From a virus, in the IMG/VR virus record IMGVR_UViG_3300042389_000994, positions 2,599 through 66,598 of that record: a stretch of DNA of 64,000 nucleotides. One strand, written 5' to 3'. The notes beneath the pieces are model-generated. The model was not told the DNA's origin. It searched no databases and saw only the letters and a program-made list of their open reading frames with translations. This document shows positions 44,744-55,536 of the stretch, piece after piece; the stretch's first letter is position 1; every line of letters starts with the position of its first letter. Position numbers and translations under genes: made by a program.

Positions 44744-44964
44744 TGGACATTCGTAAAATTTCAATCGGGCAGGACTACAAGACTGCTATGCACTATATTG
44801 TCAATCAGCCGGTACTTAATGGGGAGTATACCGTGCATCTAATTAAGGTGTCAGACGGGGGTGGAGCAAAAGTGTATATCGTATCAAAATATAACGAAAT
44901 CTTGCTTTGGAAGGAGTTCTCTGCTTCCATGCCTATTTCATTTGAGTACAACATCTCTTTCTAA
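44743..44964 (+). CDS. Hypothetical protein
   Basis: TAATG-coupled on both sides. Confidence 0.7.
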   Translation: MDIRKISIGQDYKTAMHYIVNQPVLNGEYTVHLIKVSDGGGAKVYIVSKYNEILLWKEFSASMPISFEYNISF

Positions 44965-45530
44965 TGCGTTCCCCGTTTCAGTTCATCGTGCGTCCGCGCG
45001 ATGCGAAACGATACGATAATACACGAAAGTATGGAGATGTTGACTTTATCGTAAGTGTTTCGCAGGAGGACCACAAGTTTTCCAACCGGTATGCGGAAGT
45101 GGTTAGCACACCTATCCACTACAATGGCTCAATAAGGCCTGGGGATACACTTATTGTTCATCACAATGTCTTCAAGTTTTATTATGACATGCATGGCCGT
45201 CAAAAAAGCGGTCGTTCATTTTTGCACGATGACCTGTTTCTTTTAGATGAAGACCAGTTCTTTTTGTACAAATCTCCCGGCAAGGAATGGAAAGCTCATT
45301 CAAAGTATTGCTTTGTAAAGCCTAGTCCTACCAAAAACAACTATCTTGATGTTAATCACAAAGAAGAACCACTATACGGAACCATAAGATACATCAATGA
45401 TGAACTCAAGGCTTTTGGGTTAAAAGAGGGAGATGAGGTTATTTATGAGCCGGAAAGTGAATATGAGTTCAATGTAGATGGGGAAAAATTATACCGTATG
45501 TTTACAAACAATATAGCGGTTCAAGTATGA
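44964..45530 (+). CDS. Protein with tandem GroES-like folds
   Basis: FIVRP..AEVVSTP..IRPGDTLIVHH and FVKP..GTIRY..LKEGDEVIY..VDGEKLYRM. Confidence 0.55.
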   Translation: MRSPFQFIVRPRDAKRYDNTRKYGDVDFIVSVSQEDHKFSNRYAEVVSTPIHYNGSIRPGDTLIVHHNVFKFYYDMHGRQKSGRSFLHDDLFLLDEDQFFLYKSPGKEWKAHSKYCFVKPSPTKNNYLDVNHKEEPLYGTIRYINDELKAFGLKEGDEVIYEPESEYEFNVDGEKLYRMFTNNIAVQV

Positions 45531-45805
45531 GTAAATCAAATGAAGAAATAAAGAAAGAGATAATCTCTGCTGGATACAAGGCGGTCAAGCACCTCATCAA
45601 GGTAGCCGAAGAGGACATCATCACGGGAGGAGAAGGCGATATAAGCGCCGACCGTCTAAAAAATGCCGCAGCAACTAAAAAGCTGGCCATTAATGATGCA
45701 TTTGAAATCTTGGCTAGAATACAATCCGAGCAAGAGCTTTTAGACTCGCCAAATCAAAATAACTCCACTCAAAAACAAGGGTTTGCAGAAGGAAGGGCGA
45801 GATAA
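45527..45805 (+). CDS. Possible terminase small subunit
   Basis: Helical 92-aa ORF directly upstream of the large terminase. Confidence 0.45.
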   Translation: MSKSNEEIKKEIISAGYKAVKHLIKVAEEDIITGGEGDISADRLKNAAATKKLAINDAFEILARIQSEQELLDSPNQNNSTQKQGFAEGRAR

Positions 45806-48023
45806 AGAGCTTTGTCGTGTCTTGAACCCTATCCCCATTAAAGGTAAAAAAAGATGGGAATATGGGTACAACAAGGAGTACGACATGGTCGTCATCTCAA
45901 AAGATGGGACTATTGGGGATGTCTATGAGATAAGTGGCTTGAGGATAGCCATTCCTGCATCGCCCGAAAAGTGCTACCGTAGATCAGAAAAGCAGCAAGA
46001 ACAATACTGGGAAAGTTTTGAGTACCCATCTCAACTATCCAAGATAAAGACAATATTCCAATGGCACACAATGCCCAAGGAGTTTAAGGCTTTATGGGTG
46101 GACTATATAGAGGAGGAGTTCAATAGGAGAGAGAACGGATTTTGGTTTATGAACAATGGCGTCAAGACCTACATTCCGGGAAGCTTTTATATGTACTTGC
46201 AGTGGACGAAGATTGACATTGGGCAACCCGAATACAGAGAGGCCAATAGGCTATTCTTTATATTTTTTGAGGCGTGTATTGCTGACTCAAGGTGTTTTGG
46301 CATGTGCTACTTAAAGATTCGCCGATCAGGCTTTTCTTTTATGAGTTCATCTATGATTGTTAACATCGCTACCCTTTCAAGGGATTCTCGCTTGGGGATT
46401 CTATCCAAGACTGGTGTGGATGCAAAAAAGATGTTTACCGATAAGGTAGTACCCATTTTAAGTAACTACCCATTCTTTTTTAAGCCAATTCAAGACGGCA
46501 TGGATAAACCCAAAACCGAACTTGCGTTTAGGGTTCCTGCCTCAAAAATCACAAAAAAGAATATGCACGATGTCTTTTCGGCAGATGAACCCGATGGATT
46601 GAACACAACGATTGACTGGCGCAATACGGCTGATAATAGTTATGATGGTGAAAAGCTACTGCTTTTAGTCCATGACGAATCAGGTAAATGGGAAAAGCCT
46701 GAAAATATCCTAAACAACTGGCGCGTGACCAAAACCACTCTTCGGGTGGGTGGTCGCATTGTTGGTAAGTGCTTGATGGGATCTACGGTGAATGCTTTAT
46801 CAAAAGGAGGGGGAAACTTTAAGAGTTTGTACGATGACTCTGATGCCTCTAAAAGAAACGCAAATGGCCAAACCAAGAGTGGTCTATACAAGTTCTTTGT
46901 TCCTATGGAATGGAACTTTGAGGGGTACATTGACCGATATGGGTTTCCGGTTATGGAAACTCCCAAGAAAAAAACATTCTCTCAAGATGGATCTCCTATA
47001 ACCATTGGAGCAATTCCTTATTGGGAGAATGAGGTGAGTTCATTAAAGCATGACCAAGATGCTCTTAATGAGTTTTATCGTCAATTTCCAAGAACGGAAG
47101 CCCACGCCTTTAGGGATGAGAGTAAACAATCGCTCTTCAATTTAGCAAAGATTTATCAGCAGATTGATTACAATGATGGGATGATAAAGGGTCAACAATT
47201 GACGAGGGGTAATTTTCATTGGATGAATGGGGTAAAAGACACAAAGGTCATTTGGACTCCAAGCAATAACGGGAGGTTTTTGGTTAGTTGGATACCCCCA
47301 TTAAATATGCAAAATAGGGTCATTGAGAGGAATGGGCGAAAAATGCCGGGCAATGAACACATGGGGGCATTCGGGTGTGACTCTTATGATATTTCGGGGG
47401 TTGTAGGAGGGGGTGGCTCTAATGGGGCATTGCATGGCTTGACAAAGTTCCACATGGAACAAGACGCTCCGGTCAACACCTTTTTTTTAGAATACATCGC
47501 CCGCCCTCAAACGGCTGAGATATTCTTTGAGGAGGTATTAATGGCCCTCGTGTTTTATGGGATGCCAATGCTAGCGGAAAACAACAAGGCTAGGCTATTG
47601 TATCACTTGAAAAACAGGGGGTATAGGGGATACTCACTAAATCGCCCTGATCGCCCAATGGCGAAGTTGTCAAAAACAGAGCTTGAAATCGGAGGAATCC
47701 CGAATAGCAGTGAGGAAGTACGACAAGCGCACGCTTCGGCTATTGAGTCTTACATAGAAAAATATGTGGGTTATGATATGGAGGGGATATTTCGGGGTAG
47801 CGAGGATTGTGGAGATATGCCTTTTAATAGAACCCTTTATGATTGGGCGCTTTTTGATATCAATAACCGAACCAAACATGATGCCTCAATTAGTTCGGGA
47901 TTAGCTATTATGGCAACCCAAAAACACCTTTATGTACCCGAAACAAAGACCAGCAAAATAAGTATTAACTTTGCTCGCTATAATAACAGGGGAATGGTAA
48001 GCAGTTTGATGAACAATGAGTAA
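45783..48023 (+). CDS. terL: Terminase large subunit
   Basis: LKIRRSGFS (Walker A region), VHDESGK, GST, GCDSYD and HDASISSG nuclease motifs. Exact start is uncertain. Confidence 0.85.
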   Translation: MQKEGRDKELCRVLNPIPIKGKKRWEYGYNKEYDMVVISKDGTIGDVYEISGLRIAIPASPEKCYRRSEKQQEQYWESFEYPSQLSKIKTIFQWHTMPKEFKALWVDYIEEEFNRRENGFWFMNNGVKTYIPGSFYMYLQWTKIDIGQPEYREANRLFFIFFEACIADSRCFGMCYLKIRRSGFSFMSSSMIVNIATLSRDSRLGILSKTGVDAKKMFTDKVVPILSNYPFFFKPIQDGMDKPKTELAFRVPASKITKKNMHDVFSADEPDGLNTTIDWRNTADNSYDGEKLLLLVHDESGKWEKPENILNNWRVTKTTLRVGGRIVGKCLMGSTVNALSKGGGNFKSLYDDSDASKRNANGQTKSGLYKFFVPMEWNFEGYIDRYGFPVMETPKKKTFSQDGSPITIGAIPYWENEVSSLKHDQDALNEFYRQFPRTEAHAFRDESKQSLFNLAKIYQQIDYNDGMIKGQQLTRGNFHWMNGVKDTKVIWTPSNNGRFLVSWIPPLNMQNRVIERNGRKMPGNEHMGAFGCDSYDISGVVGGGGSNGALHGLTKFHMEQDAPVNTFFLEYIARPQTAEIFFEEVLMALVFYGMPMLAENNKARLLYHLKNRGYRGYSLNRPDRPMAKLSKTELEIGGIPNSSEEVRQAHASAIESYIEKYVGYDMEGIFRGSEDCGDMPFNRTLYDWALFDINNRTKHDASISSGLAIMATQKHLYVPETKTSKISINFARYNNRGMVSSLMNNE

Positions 48024-50451
48024 AGTTGAGCCTATAATCAATGCACAGTATTTCCCGGATCAGTTTGCACCTGACTCCGAAAAGAAAACCGAACTATTCG
48101 GTTTAAGAATAGGTCAGGCTATTCAGTACGAGTGGTTTAGGAAAGACTCTAGGTCTGGGAGGTTCTATTCCCAGTGGAGGGATTTCCATAGACTGCGTCT
48201 TTATGCTAGAGGAGAGCAATCGGTTGAAAAGTATAAGAACGAGATGGCCGTAAATGGCGACTTGTCTTACCTAAACCTTGATTGGACACCTATTCCTATT
48301 CTGCCTAAATTCGTTGATATCGTGGTGAATGGGATGTCTGATCGCTTCTTTAAGGTTAAGGCATATGCCCAAGACGCAATGTCTTTGTCCAAAAGGAATC
48401 AATTCCAGCAACAAGTGGAAACACAAATGGCTGGGAAAGACTTGTACATAAGCCTTGAGAAAAACATGGGGGTCAATGGGTTCACAATGAATCCAAATGA
48501 CTTACCCGAAAACGACGAGGAGTTGCAGCTCTATATGCAGATGAGCTATAAGCCAGCAATAGAGATAGCCCAAGAAGAGGCCATAAATACCATTTTGGAT
48601 GATAATAAGTATGAAGATCTTCGCAAGAGGGTTGATTATGACATTACAACCATTGGCCTAGGTATAGTTAAGCACGAGTTTTATCCCGGTGATGGAGTTC
48701 GTGTTCAGTATGTAGACCCAGCCAATGTGGTCTATAGTTATACCGAAGACCCCTATTTCAAAGACTGTTTTTACTGGGGAGAAATCAAGACGGTCCCATT
48801 GACCGAAATAAGAAAGATTCGGCCGGACATCAGAAATGATGAATTAGAAGAGATATCCAAGTACAGCCAAGCCTGGTACGATTACTATAATGTTTCTCAA
48901 TTTTATGACAATAGCCTTTTTAACCGAGATACCGCTACACTTTTATTCTTTAATTACAAAACGACTCAAACGTTTGTTTACAAAAAGAAAAGGCTAGACT
49001 CTGGGGGGGAAAGAATCATTGAGAAAGATGAGAATTTCAATCCCCCGGCCGAAATGATGGAGGAGCAGGGGTTTGAGCGCATAACCAAGACAATTGATGT
49101 TTGGTATGAGGGGGTTATGGTTATGGGCACAAATTATATGCTCAAGTGGCAAATGATGGAGAATATGGTTCGTCCTAAGTCTGCATCTCAAAATGCCATC
49201 CCTAATTATGTGGCTTGTGCGCCTAGGATGTACAAAGGGAACATTGAGTCTTTGGTACGCCGAATGATTCCATTTGCTGATCTAATTCAACTTACCCACC
49301 TCAAACTCCAGCAAGTTGTTGCAAGGGTCGTTCCTGATGGTGTGTTCTTGGATGCTGATGGTATTAATGAGGTTGATCTTGGAACGGGGCAGGCATACAG
49401 TCCGGAAGACGCCTTGAGGCTGTACTTCCAGACCGGTAGCGTCATTGGTCGTAGTTTCACGGGGGATGGGGAGTTTAATAATGCTAGAGTCCCAATCCAA
49501 GAGTTAAACTCAAGTTCCGGTCAGCAAAAAATGGCTGCCTTGATTGGCAATTACAACCACTATCTCAACATGATTAGGGCCGTGACCGGTCTAAATGAGG
49601 CACGCGATGGCACAGTTCCTGATTCAAGGTCATTGGTGGGTGTGCAGAAATTAGCCGCTATGAATTCAAATACAGCGACTAGGCACATCCTTGATGCGTC
49701 TGTGTACATAACCAAAAGCCTTTCGGAGGCTTTAACATACAGGGTTTCCGATATTTTACAATATGCTTCTTTCAAGGAAGAGTTTGCTACACAAATAGGA
49801 AGGCACAATGTTTCGTTGCTAGAGGAAATGAAAGACCTCTATATCTATGATTTTGGTATTTTCATTGAGGTTTCTCCAGATGAAGAGCAGAAAAATCAAT
49901 TAGAGCAAAACATACAATCGGCTCTGCAGAAAGGCGATATTAATCTTGAGGATGCTATTGATATCCGTGAGATTAAGAACATCAAGATGGCCAATCAACT
50001 TTTGAAGTTGAAGCGCAAAAAGAACATTGAGAACGTGCAGGCCAATGAGATGCAGAAGCAGCAAATGCAAGCGCAGGCTCAACTTGAAAGTCAAAAGATG
50101 GCGGCAGAAGCGGCAATGATGAAAGTCAATGCTCAAGCTCAAGCGGATATGCAGGTCAAGAGGGCTGAAATAGCTTTTGAGATTGAAAAGCTAAAAGCAG
50201 AGGCCGAATTGAAGACCGTTCTTATGGAGCGTGAGTTCAATTTCAACATGGAATTGGCCAAGGTTCAAGGTCAAACCCTTTCTAGCCGAGAGCAATTGAA
50301 AGAGGAAGAAAAGGCTAGGCGTATTAGTATGCAAAACACACAACAGTCTAAGCTTGTTGACCAAAGGAAAAACAACTTACCTCCCATCAATTTTGAGTCC
50401 AATGAGGACAGCCTGGATGGGTTTGATATGGGCGAATTTGAGCCTCGTTAA
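48016..50451 (+). CDS. Portal protein
   Basis: Follows terL. PIPILPKFVDIVV, TGLNEARDG and a Q/E-rich C-terminal coiled coil. Confidence 0.8.
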   Translation: MSKVEPIINAQYFPDQFAPDSEKKTELFGLRIGQAIQYEWFRKDSRSGRFYSQWRDFHRLRLYARGEQSVEKYKNEMAVNGDLSYLNLDWTPIPILPKFVDIVVNGMSDRFFKVKAYAQDAMSLSKRNQFQQQVETQMAGKDLYISLEKNMGVNGFTMNPNDLPENDEELQLYMQMSYKPAIEIAQEEAINTILDDNKYEDLRKRVDYDITTIGLGIVKHEFYPGDGVRVQYVDPANVVYSYTEDPYFKDCFYWGEIKTVPLTEIRKIRPDIRNDELEEISKYSQAWYDYYNVSQFYDNSLFNRDTATLLFFNYKTTQTFVYKKKRLDSGGERIIEKDENFNPPAEMMEEQGFERITKTIDVWYEGVMVMGTNYMLKWQMMENMVRPKSASQNAIPNYVACAPRMYKGNIESLVRRMIPFADLIQLTHLKLQQVVARVVPDGVFLDADGINEVDLGTGQAYSPEDALRLYFQTGSVIGRSFTGDGEFNNARVPIQELNSSSGQQKMAALIGNYNHYLNMIRAVTGLNEARDGTVPDSRSLVGVQKLAAMNSNTATRHILDASVYITKSLSEALTYRVSDILQYASFKEEFATQIGRHNVSLLEEMKDLYIYDFGIFIEVSPDEEQKNQLEQNIQSALQKGDINLEDAIDIREIKNIKMANQLLKLKRKKNIENVQANEMQKQQMQAQAQLESQKMAAEAAMMKVNAQAQADMQVKRAEIAFEIEKLKAEAELKTVLMEREFNFNMELAKVQGQTLSSREQLKEEEKARRISMQNTQQSKLVDQRKNNLPPINFESNEDSLDGFDMGEFEPR

Positions 50452-50466
50452 ATTTTTATATATTTG
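50437..50466 (+). promoter_or_regulatory. Bacteroidota-type promoter
   Basis: TTTG 50437-50440, 18-nt spacer, TATATTTG 50459-50466. Confidence 0.55.
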
Positions 50467-50483
50467 TCCCTAAATTCAATCTA

Positions 50484-51563
50484 ATGGAAAACATTACAGT
50501 CAGAGTCCTTGACGCGGATGGGCAACCGTCTGTTCAAGAAAAAGAGCGGCAGAATCAAGCTTTGCTTGAGGAGCAGCAACGGCAACAACAACAGGACCCG
50601 CCCGCCCCGGATCCTGCGCCGAAACCAGTTATTGAAGAGGGCGACGTTCTTTCATTTATTAAGGATAGGTACAATAAAGAGGTTAACTCCATCAATGACC
50701 TACTAGTTGAGCCACAACAACAACAAGAACCCCTCCCAGAGGATGTTTCTGCTTTCTATAAGTATAAAAAGGAAACAGGGAGAGGGCTTGATGATTTTGT
50801 AAAACTCAATCAAGACATTGATGCTATTGACCCGGATAAGTTGCTTTTGGACTACACGTTAGCCCAAGAGGAAGCTTTAGATCGGGAAGATGTTGTTGAA
50901 TTGCTTGCTGAAAAGTTCGGATATGATGAGGATCTTGACCAAGATTCTGATATCAAGAAGAAAAAAGCGGCAAAGAAACGAGAGTTAGCCAAAGCCAAGA
51001 AATACTTTAACGAACAAAAAGAAAAGTACAAAGTCCCACTTGAGTCAAGAGGGGATTCTTTTCAGGGTTCAGATGAGTACAAACAATACAAAGATTACCT
51101 TGACAAGGCCAATAGCGATCAGCAAGAGGTCAAAAGGAAAGGAGAGTGGTTCCAAAAGAAAACGGAAGAACTTTTCTCTAACGAATTCAAAGGTTTTGAA
51201 TTCAATGTTGGTGAGAAAAAAATCACTTTCCTACCCGGAGATTCCTCTGAAATCAAGAGTCAAAACTCTACACCTTTAAATTTTGTTTCAAAGTTTTTAG
51301 ATGAGCAGGGGTTGATTAAGGATGCTGCGGGTTATCATAGGTCTTTATCAATCGCGATGAATCCAGAAAAGTTTGCCAAGTTCTTTTATGAGCAAGGCAT
51401 TGCTGATGCCACGGATGATTTGGCTAAAAAGAGCAAGAATGTCAATATGGACATTCGGACCTTTGGACAGCCAATTAACCAAGGAGGAGGAATCAAGGTT
51501 GTTGATGTTAGCCCATCATCGTCGGGAATGGGTTTAAAAATCAAGCCTTTTAAAACTTCCTAA
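50484..51563 (+). CDS. Probable capsid scaffolding protein
   Basis: Acidic, helical protein between the portal and capsid genes. Confidence 0.65.
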   Translation: MENITVRVLDADGQPSVQEKERQNQALLEEQQRQQQQDPPAPDPAPKPVIEEGDVLSFIKDRYNKEVNSINDLLVEPQQQQEPLPEDVSAFYKYKKETGRGLDDFVKLNQDIDAIDPDKLLLDYTLAQEEALDREDVVELLAEKFGYDEDLDQDSDIKKKKAAKKRELAKAKKYFNEQKEKYKVPLESRGDSFQGSDEYKQYKDYLDKANSDQQEVKRKGEWFQKKTEELFSNEFKGFEFNVGEKKITFLPGDSSEIKSQNSTPLNFVSKFLDEQGLIKDAAGYHRSLSIAMNPEKFAKFFYEQGIADATDDLAKKSKNVNMDIRTFGQPINQGGGIKVVDVSPSSSGMGLKIKPFKTS

Positions 51564-51573
51564 AAACTAAAAC

Positions 51574-53082
51574 ATGCCAGTTAACGCATCTCCCAGTTTT
51601 GCCTTACAGCCAAGCGCTTATAGGCAAGCCATTAGCACCAACTATATTAGTAGTGCTAACTTCAACTTTGCAAACCAATACTTGCCCGATCTCTATGAAA
51701 AAGAGTTTGAGCGATTTGGTAATCGCAGCATCACCGGTTTTCTCCGTATGGTAGGCGCCGAAATGCCTTGCGCTTCTGACCTTATTAAATGGGCAGAACA
51801 AGGTCGTTTACACACGAAATGGACCGCATGTACATTGACAAACGTATCATCCAACCAGACGGTTTTGACAATCACCACCGGAAACGTAGGCGGCTCTGCT
51901 GGATATCCCGTTCAGGTTAATCAGCCAATGACTCCGTATCCGACCAATTCCACACTTGCGGCTTTAAACCAAAACATCCGTGTTGGACAGACTTTGATTT
52001 GTCAGCGCGAAAATGGTGTTGGTGTTTTTCACGGCCGTGTAGCCTCTGTCACTTATCAGGCAAGCCAAACAGCGGCTCAAGCTGCTATTACGCTTGACAT
52101 TTACGAAGATACCACTGGCGCTTCTTTCCCCACCACATTGTCAACTGGAACATGGTCCGTTTGGATTTATGGTTCTGAATTTCGGAAAGGAACAAGCGGA
52201 ATGGCCGAGTCAACTCAGGTGTTTGATTCGTTCTTTGAAACCAATCCTATTATCCTAAAGGATAAGTTCACCGTAACTGGCTCTGACATGACCCAGATTG
52301 GCTGGGTTGAGGTCACTACCGAAAACGGAGCCTCTGGATACTTGTGGTACATGAAGGCCGAGCATGAAGCCCGCTTGCGTTTTGACGACTACCTAGAGTC
52401 CGCTATGCTTGAAGCCGTTCCCGCGGCAGCCGCTAACAGTGGGGCCACTACTGCCGGATTCAAAGGTACTGAGGGTGTTTTTAGCGCGCTAACAAGTCGC
52501 GGAAATATTTTTAGTGGCGGATTTCCGACTAGCCTTGTAGACTTTGACTCAATTGTTCAGCGTCTTGACAAGCAGGGTGCTATTGAGGAAAATGCCATTT
52601 TCGTAAACCGTGCTGCTTCTTTTGCTATTGACGACTTCTTGGCTGCCCAAAACTCTTATGGTACTGGTGGTACATCATACGGTCTGTTTAACAACAGTGA
52701 GCAAATGGCCTTGAACCTTGGATTCCGCGGATTCCGTCGTGGTTATGACTTCTACAAGTCTGATTGGAAATACCTAAATGACCCCACTATGCGCGGTCAA
52801 GGTACTTCAAGTGGCACTGTTGGTGGTGCAATCAATGGTATGATTGTTCCCGTTGGTTCTACCAATGTTTATGACGAGGTAATGGGTCAAAACGCCAAGC
52901 GTCCTTTCTTGCACGTCCGCTATCGTGAAACCGAAGCCGAAAGCCGTAAGTATAAGACCTGGGCAACCGGTTCTGCCGGTGGCGCTGCAACAAGCGACCT
53001 TGACGCTTTGGAGGTACATTACTTGTCTGAGCGCGCTGTCTGCACTTTGGGAGCAAACAACTTCTTCTTGTTCCAAAGCTAA
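51574..53082 (+). CDS. Major capsid protein
   Basis: Position after the scaffold gene with a strong terminator downstream. WAEQGRLH, GSEFRKG and GTEG motifs. Confidence 0.8.
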   Translation: MPVNASPSFALQPSAYRQAISTNYISSANFNFANQYLPDLYEKEFERFGNRSITGFLRMVGAEMPCASDLIKWAEQGRLHTKWTACTLTNVSSNQTVLTITTGNVGGSAGYPVQVNQPMTPYPTNSTLAALNQNIRVGQTLICQRENGVGVFHGRVASVTYQASQTAAQAAITLDIYEDTTGASFPTTLSTGTWSVWIYGSEFRKGTSGMAESTQVFDSFFETNPIILKDKFTVTGSDMTQIGWVEVTTENGASGYLWYMKAEHEARLRFDDYLESAMLEAVPAAAANSGATTAGFKGTEGVFSALTSRGNIFSGGFPTSLVDFDSIVQRLDKQGAIEENAIFVNRAASFAIDDFLAAQNSYGTGGTSYGLFNNSEQMALNLGFRGFRRGYDFYKSDWKYLNDPTMRGQGTSSGTVGGAINGMIVPVGSTNVYDEVMGQNAKRPFLHVRYRETEAESRKYKTWATGSAGGAATSDLDALEVHYLSERAVCTLGANNFFLFQS

Positions 53083-53088
53083 TTTTTC

Positions 53089-53124
53089 GGGGTGGGTGTG
53101 TCCGACACACTCACCCCATTTTTT
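53089..53124 (+). terminator. Intrinsic terminator whose stem top is a perfect dispersed palindrome
   Basis: GGGGTGG-GTGTGTCCGACACAC-TCACCCC-ATTTTTT. Confidence 0.85.
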
Positions 53125-53147
53125 AATTTAATCAAACCTATAATAAA

Positions 53148-53867
53148 ATGTCAAGCAAACTTTACAAACTAATCGGAGGGTCTGCCCCTATGAGCTTTAT
53201 GCTCGCTAGTCGAAACACAACCGCACGAAGGTTGTACTATTTTGACGGAAAGGTCAATCGTGAGCTTCGTTATGCTCGCAACCAAAAAAGTCCATTTGTT
53301 GATGAACAAGATGGGAATTTTATTTTAGAGCCCATCATCTTTGAAGATGGCTTTTTAAAAGTTGAGGATACCAATCCTGTACTTCAAAGATTCTTGGAAA
53401 TACATCCGGACAATGGGGCATTGTTCGCAGAGGTTGATAATAGGAAAGACGCTGAAAAAGAATTGAATTATCTTGAAATGGAGGTTGATGCTTTAACAAA
53501 AGCCAGATCACTTGATTTCCCTATGATGGAAAACATCGCTAGGATTGCTCTTAGCATTGACCCATCAAGAATTAGTTCGCAAGAACTTAGGCGTGATATC
53601 ATTGTTTTTGCTAGAAACAATCCAGAGGAGTTCTTATCGGTGGCAAATGACCCCAATGTTGCACACAATGGCTTTGTGGCTAGGTTGTTTAATTATGGCG
53701 TTCTTTCGGCAAAGAGAAATAGCGTACACTATAATCTGCCCAATAATAAGTCAAAAATGCTTGTAGTCCCCACAGGGCAGGACGCTCAAGAGGCGGTTGC
53801 TTCTTATTTCCTAACCGAAGAGGGCATTGAGGTTATGGGGACGCTTGAAAAGTATCTCTCCGAATAA
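53148..53867 (+). CDS. Hypothetical head-module protein
   Basis: ORF directly after the capsid gene. Confidence 0.7.
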   Translation: MSSKLYKLIGGSAPMSFMLASRNTTARRLYYFDGKVNRELRYARNQKSPFVDEQDGNFILEPIIFEDGFLKVEDTNPVLQRFLEIHPDNGALFAEVDNRKDAEKELNYLEMEVDALTKARSLDFPMMENIARIALSIDPSRISSQELRRDIIVFARNNPEEFLSVANDPNVAHNGFVARLFNYGVLSAKRNSVHYNLPNNKSKMLVVPTGQDAQEAVASYFLTEEGIEVMGTLEKYLSE

Positions 53868-53883
53868 TTAGTATATTTGCCCT

Positions 53884-54201
53884 ATGAACAACTTTCTCAA
53901 AATAGCAAAGAGCCTAAATGCCCTGCCGACAGGCCAAGGTATTTGCCCAACTTTGATTAACCCAAAGTATGTTTCATGGGTTTATTCAACTGTAAACACA
54001 AATATCACCATTCATCTTAATGGCGGAGTAAATGCTGGTGTTGATAGAATCACGGTCACACTTCAGACTGGCGGAACTCTTCAGCGGGACGCGTTTATTA
54101 ATGCGGTTATTGAGGCTTCGTCTTCGACGACCTCAAATGCATCTTCAGTATCTACGCTTGATTTTCTGCCATCAACAACCTACACATACGTCTTAGCATA
54201 A
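53884..54201 (+). CDS. Small structural paralog 1
   Basis: FLKI..LINP..ITIHL..DRITVT..FINAVIEA, preceded by TATATTTG at 53872. Confidence 0.6.
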   Translation: MNNFLKIAKSLNALPTGQGICPTLINPKYVSWVYSTVNTNITIHLNGGVNAGVDRITVTLQTGGTLQRDAFINAVIEASSSTTSNASSVSTLDFLPSTTYTYVLA

Positions 54202-54206
54202 TTATT

Positions 54207-55535
54207 ATGGCAAAATTTATTCAGTATCCATCTGAGTTTAGTAATACAAACTGGACTTCAGTCGCTCACAAACCTGGAGCTAACCAAGCTCATGTTGCTG
54301 TGGGTAATGCTGGCGCCTATAGAGTTGCCAGAAGCGCCGATGGTGGTGTCACATGGACCTATCCATTGGGGTTAACCGATGCGGCACAAACACGAACATG
54401 GACCGCGGTAACGTGGAATCCCGGTGCTGGCTCTGGCTTGTTTATTGCTGTTGCATCAGGAACAGGGCCAGGTAGGATTATGACCAGCGCTGACGGAGTT
54501 ACTTGGACCGTTCAGACGTACTCCACAGGCCAGCAAGCGGTCAGCTTTAACGCAGCGGCATCAAGTCTTACTAGGACCGTAATTGTTGGAGGCGGCGGCG
54601 TTGCGGCCGACCAAACCATTACTACCACAAATGGGACGAGCTACACTTCAGTAGCATCTCCTGCGGTACGAAATTGGACGGGCGTTTCATGGAACAACGT
54701 AAGTGCTAGCGCCAACTGGGTTGCTGTTGCAAATGATGGAGCTGCTGCTGGCGCAGTTATGACGAATACTGAAACCGATATAGCCGCTGCAAATGCTTGG
54801 ACATCACGAACCGCCGTAACTGCTCCCACGGCTACTCCATGGGTTTCTGTTGCTGCCCAGCAAGTTGCAGGCGGAGTAATGGTCGCTGTTGCTAGTAGCG
54901 GAACGCAGGCAACGAGAATTATGACTAGTGCAGACAACGGGACCTCCTGGACTTCTCGAGATCCCAACGTTAATGTCAACTTTTCTTATGTTTTTGCCAC
55001 TAGTAATGGTTATTACGCTCTTGGAACTACAGGTACTCAAACGCAAAGAATCTTGACTAGCGCAGATGGGGTTACTTGGACCGTCGGAGCCGCACTTCCG
55101 ACAACGCCCAATAAGTGGGCCGGGGGTATTGGAAACGCCTATACTGATCCGTCTTTCATTGTCTTTGTTTCTAATTCTGGTGGGCCAAGTAGGATTTTAA
55201 GAATGGGAAACACAGTATTGACTTTGAGTTCCCCAGTTGAAATTAACGACTCCTATACGAGGGTTAAAACAGATTTGCCGACATATATTAATCTTGACAA
55301 AGTAATGCTTCTTAACCCAATTGATGAGGGTCAGATTAATTTGCCACAAGCCGCTGGAAGTACGGCTCAAGATTTTGTAACACTTAGCTTTGGAGCTGAC
55401 CCAACAGGGATTACGCATGAGATTATCGTTCAAGATATCATCAACGCTTCATCGCCCAAGTCTTCAACGTCTTTGTTTGGATATATTGCATCAGAACTCC
55501 CACAAAACAGAACAGTAATTGTAACAAGATCATAG
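54207..55535 (+). CDS. Paralog 2 with an inserted Asp-box/BNR beta-propeller
   Basis: Repeated SADG.TW motifs. The termini match the neighbouring small proteins. Confidence 0.7.
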   Translation: MAKFIQYPSEFSNTNWTSVAHKPGANQAHVAVGNAGAYRVARSADGGVTWTYPLGLTDAAQTRTWTAVTWNPGAGSGLFIAVASGTGPGRIMTSADGVTWTVQTYSTGQQAVSFNAAASSLTRTVIVGGGGVAADQTITTTNGTSYTSVASPAVRNWTGVSWNNVSASANWVAVANDGAAAGAVMTNTETDIAAANAWTSRTAVTAPTATPWVSVAAQQVAGGVMVAVASSGTQATRIMTSADNGTSWTSRDPNVNVNFSYVFATSNGYYALGTTGTQTQRILTSADGVTWTVGAALPTTPNKWAGGIGNAYTDPSFIVFVSNSGGPSRILRMGNTVLTLSSPVEINDSYTRVKTDLPTYINLDKVMLLNPIDEGQINLPQAAGSTAQDFVTLSFGADPTGITHEIIVQDIINASSPKSSTSLFGYIASELPQNRTVIVTRS

Positions 55536-55536
55536 T

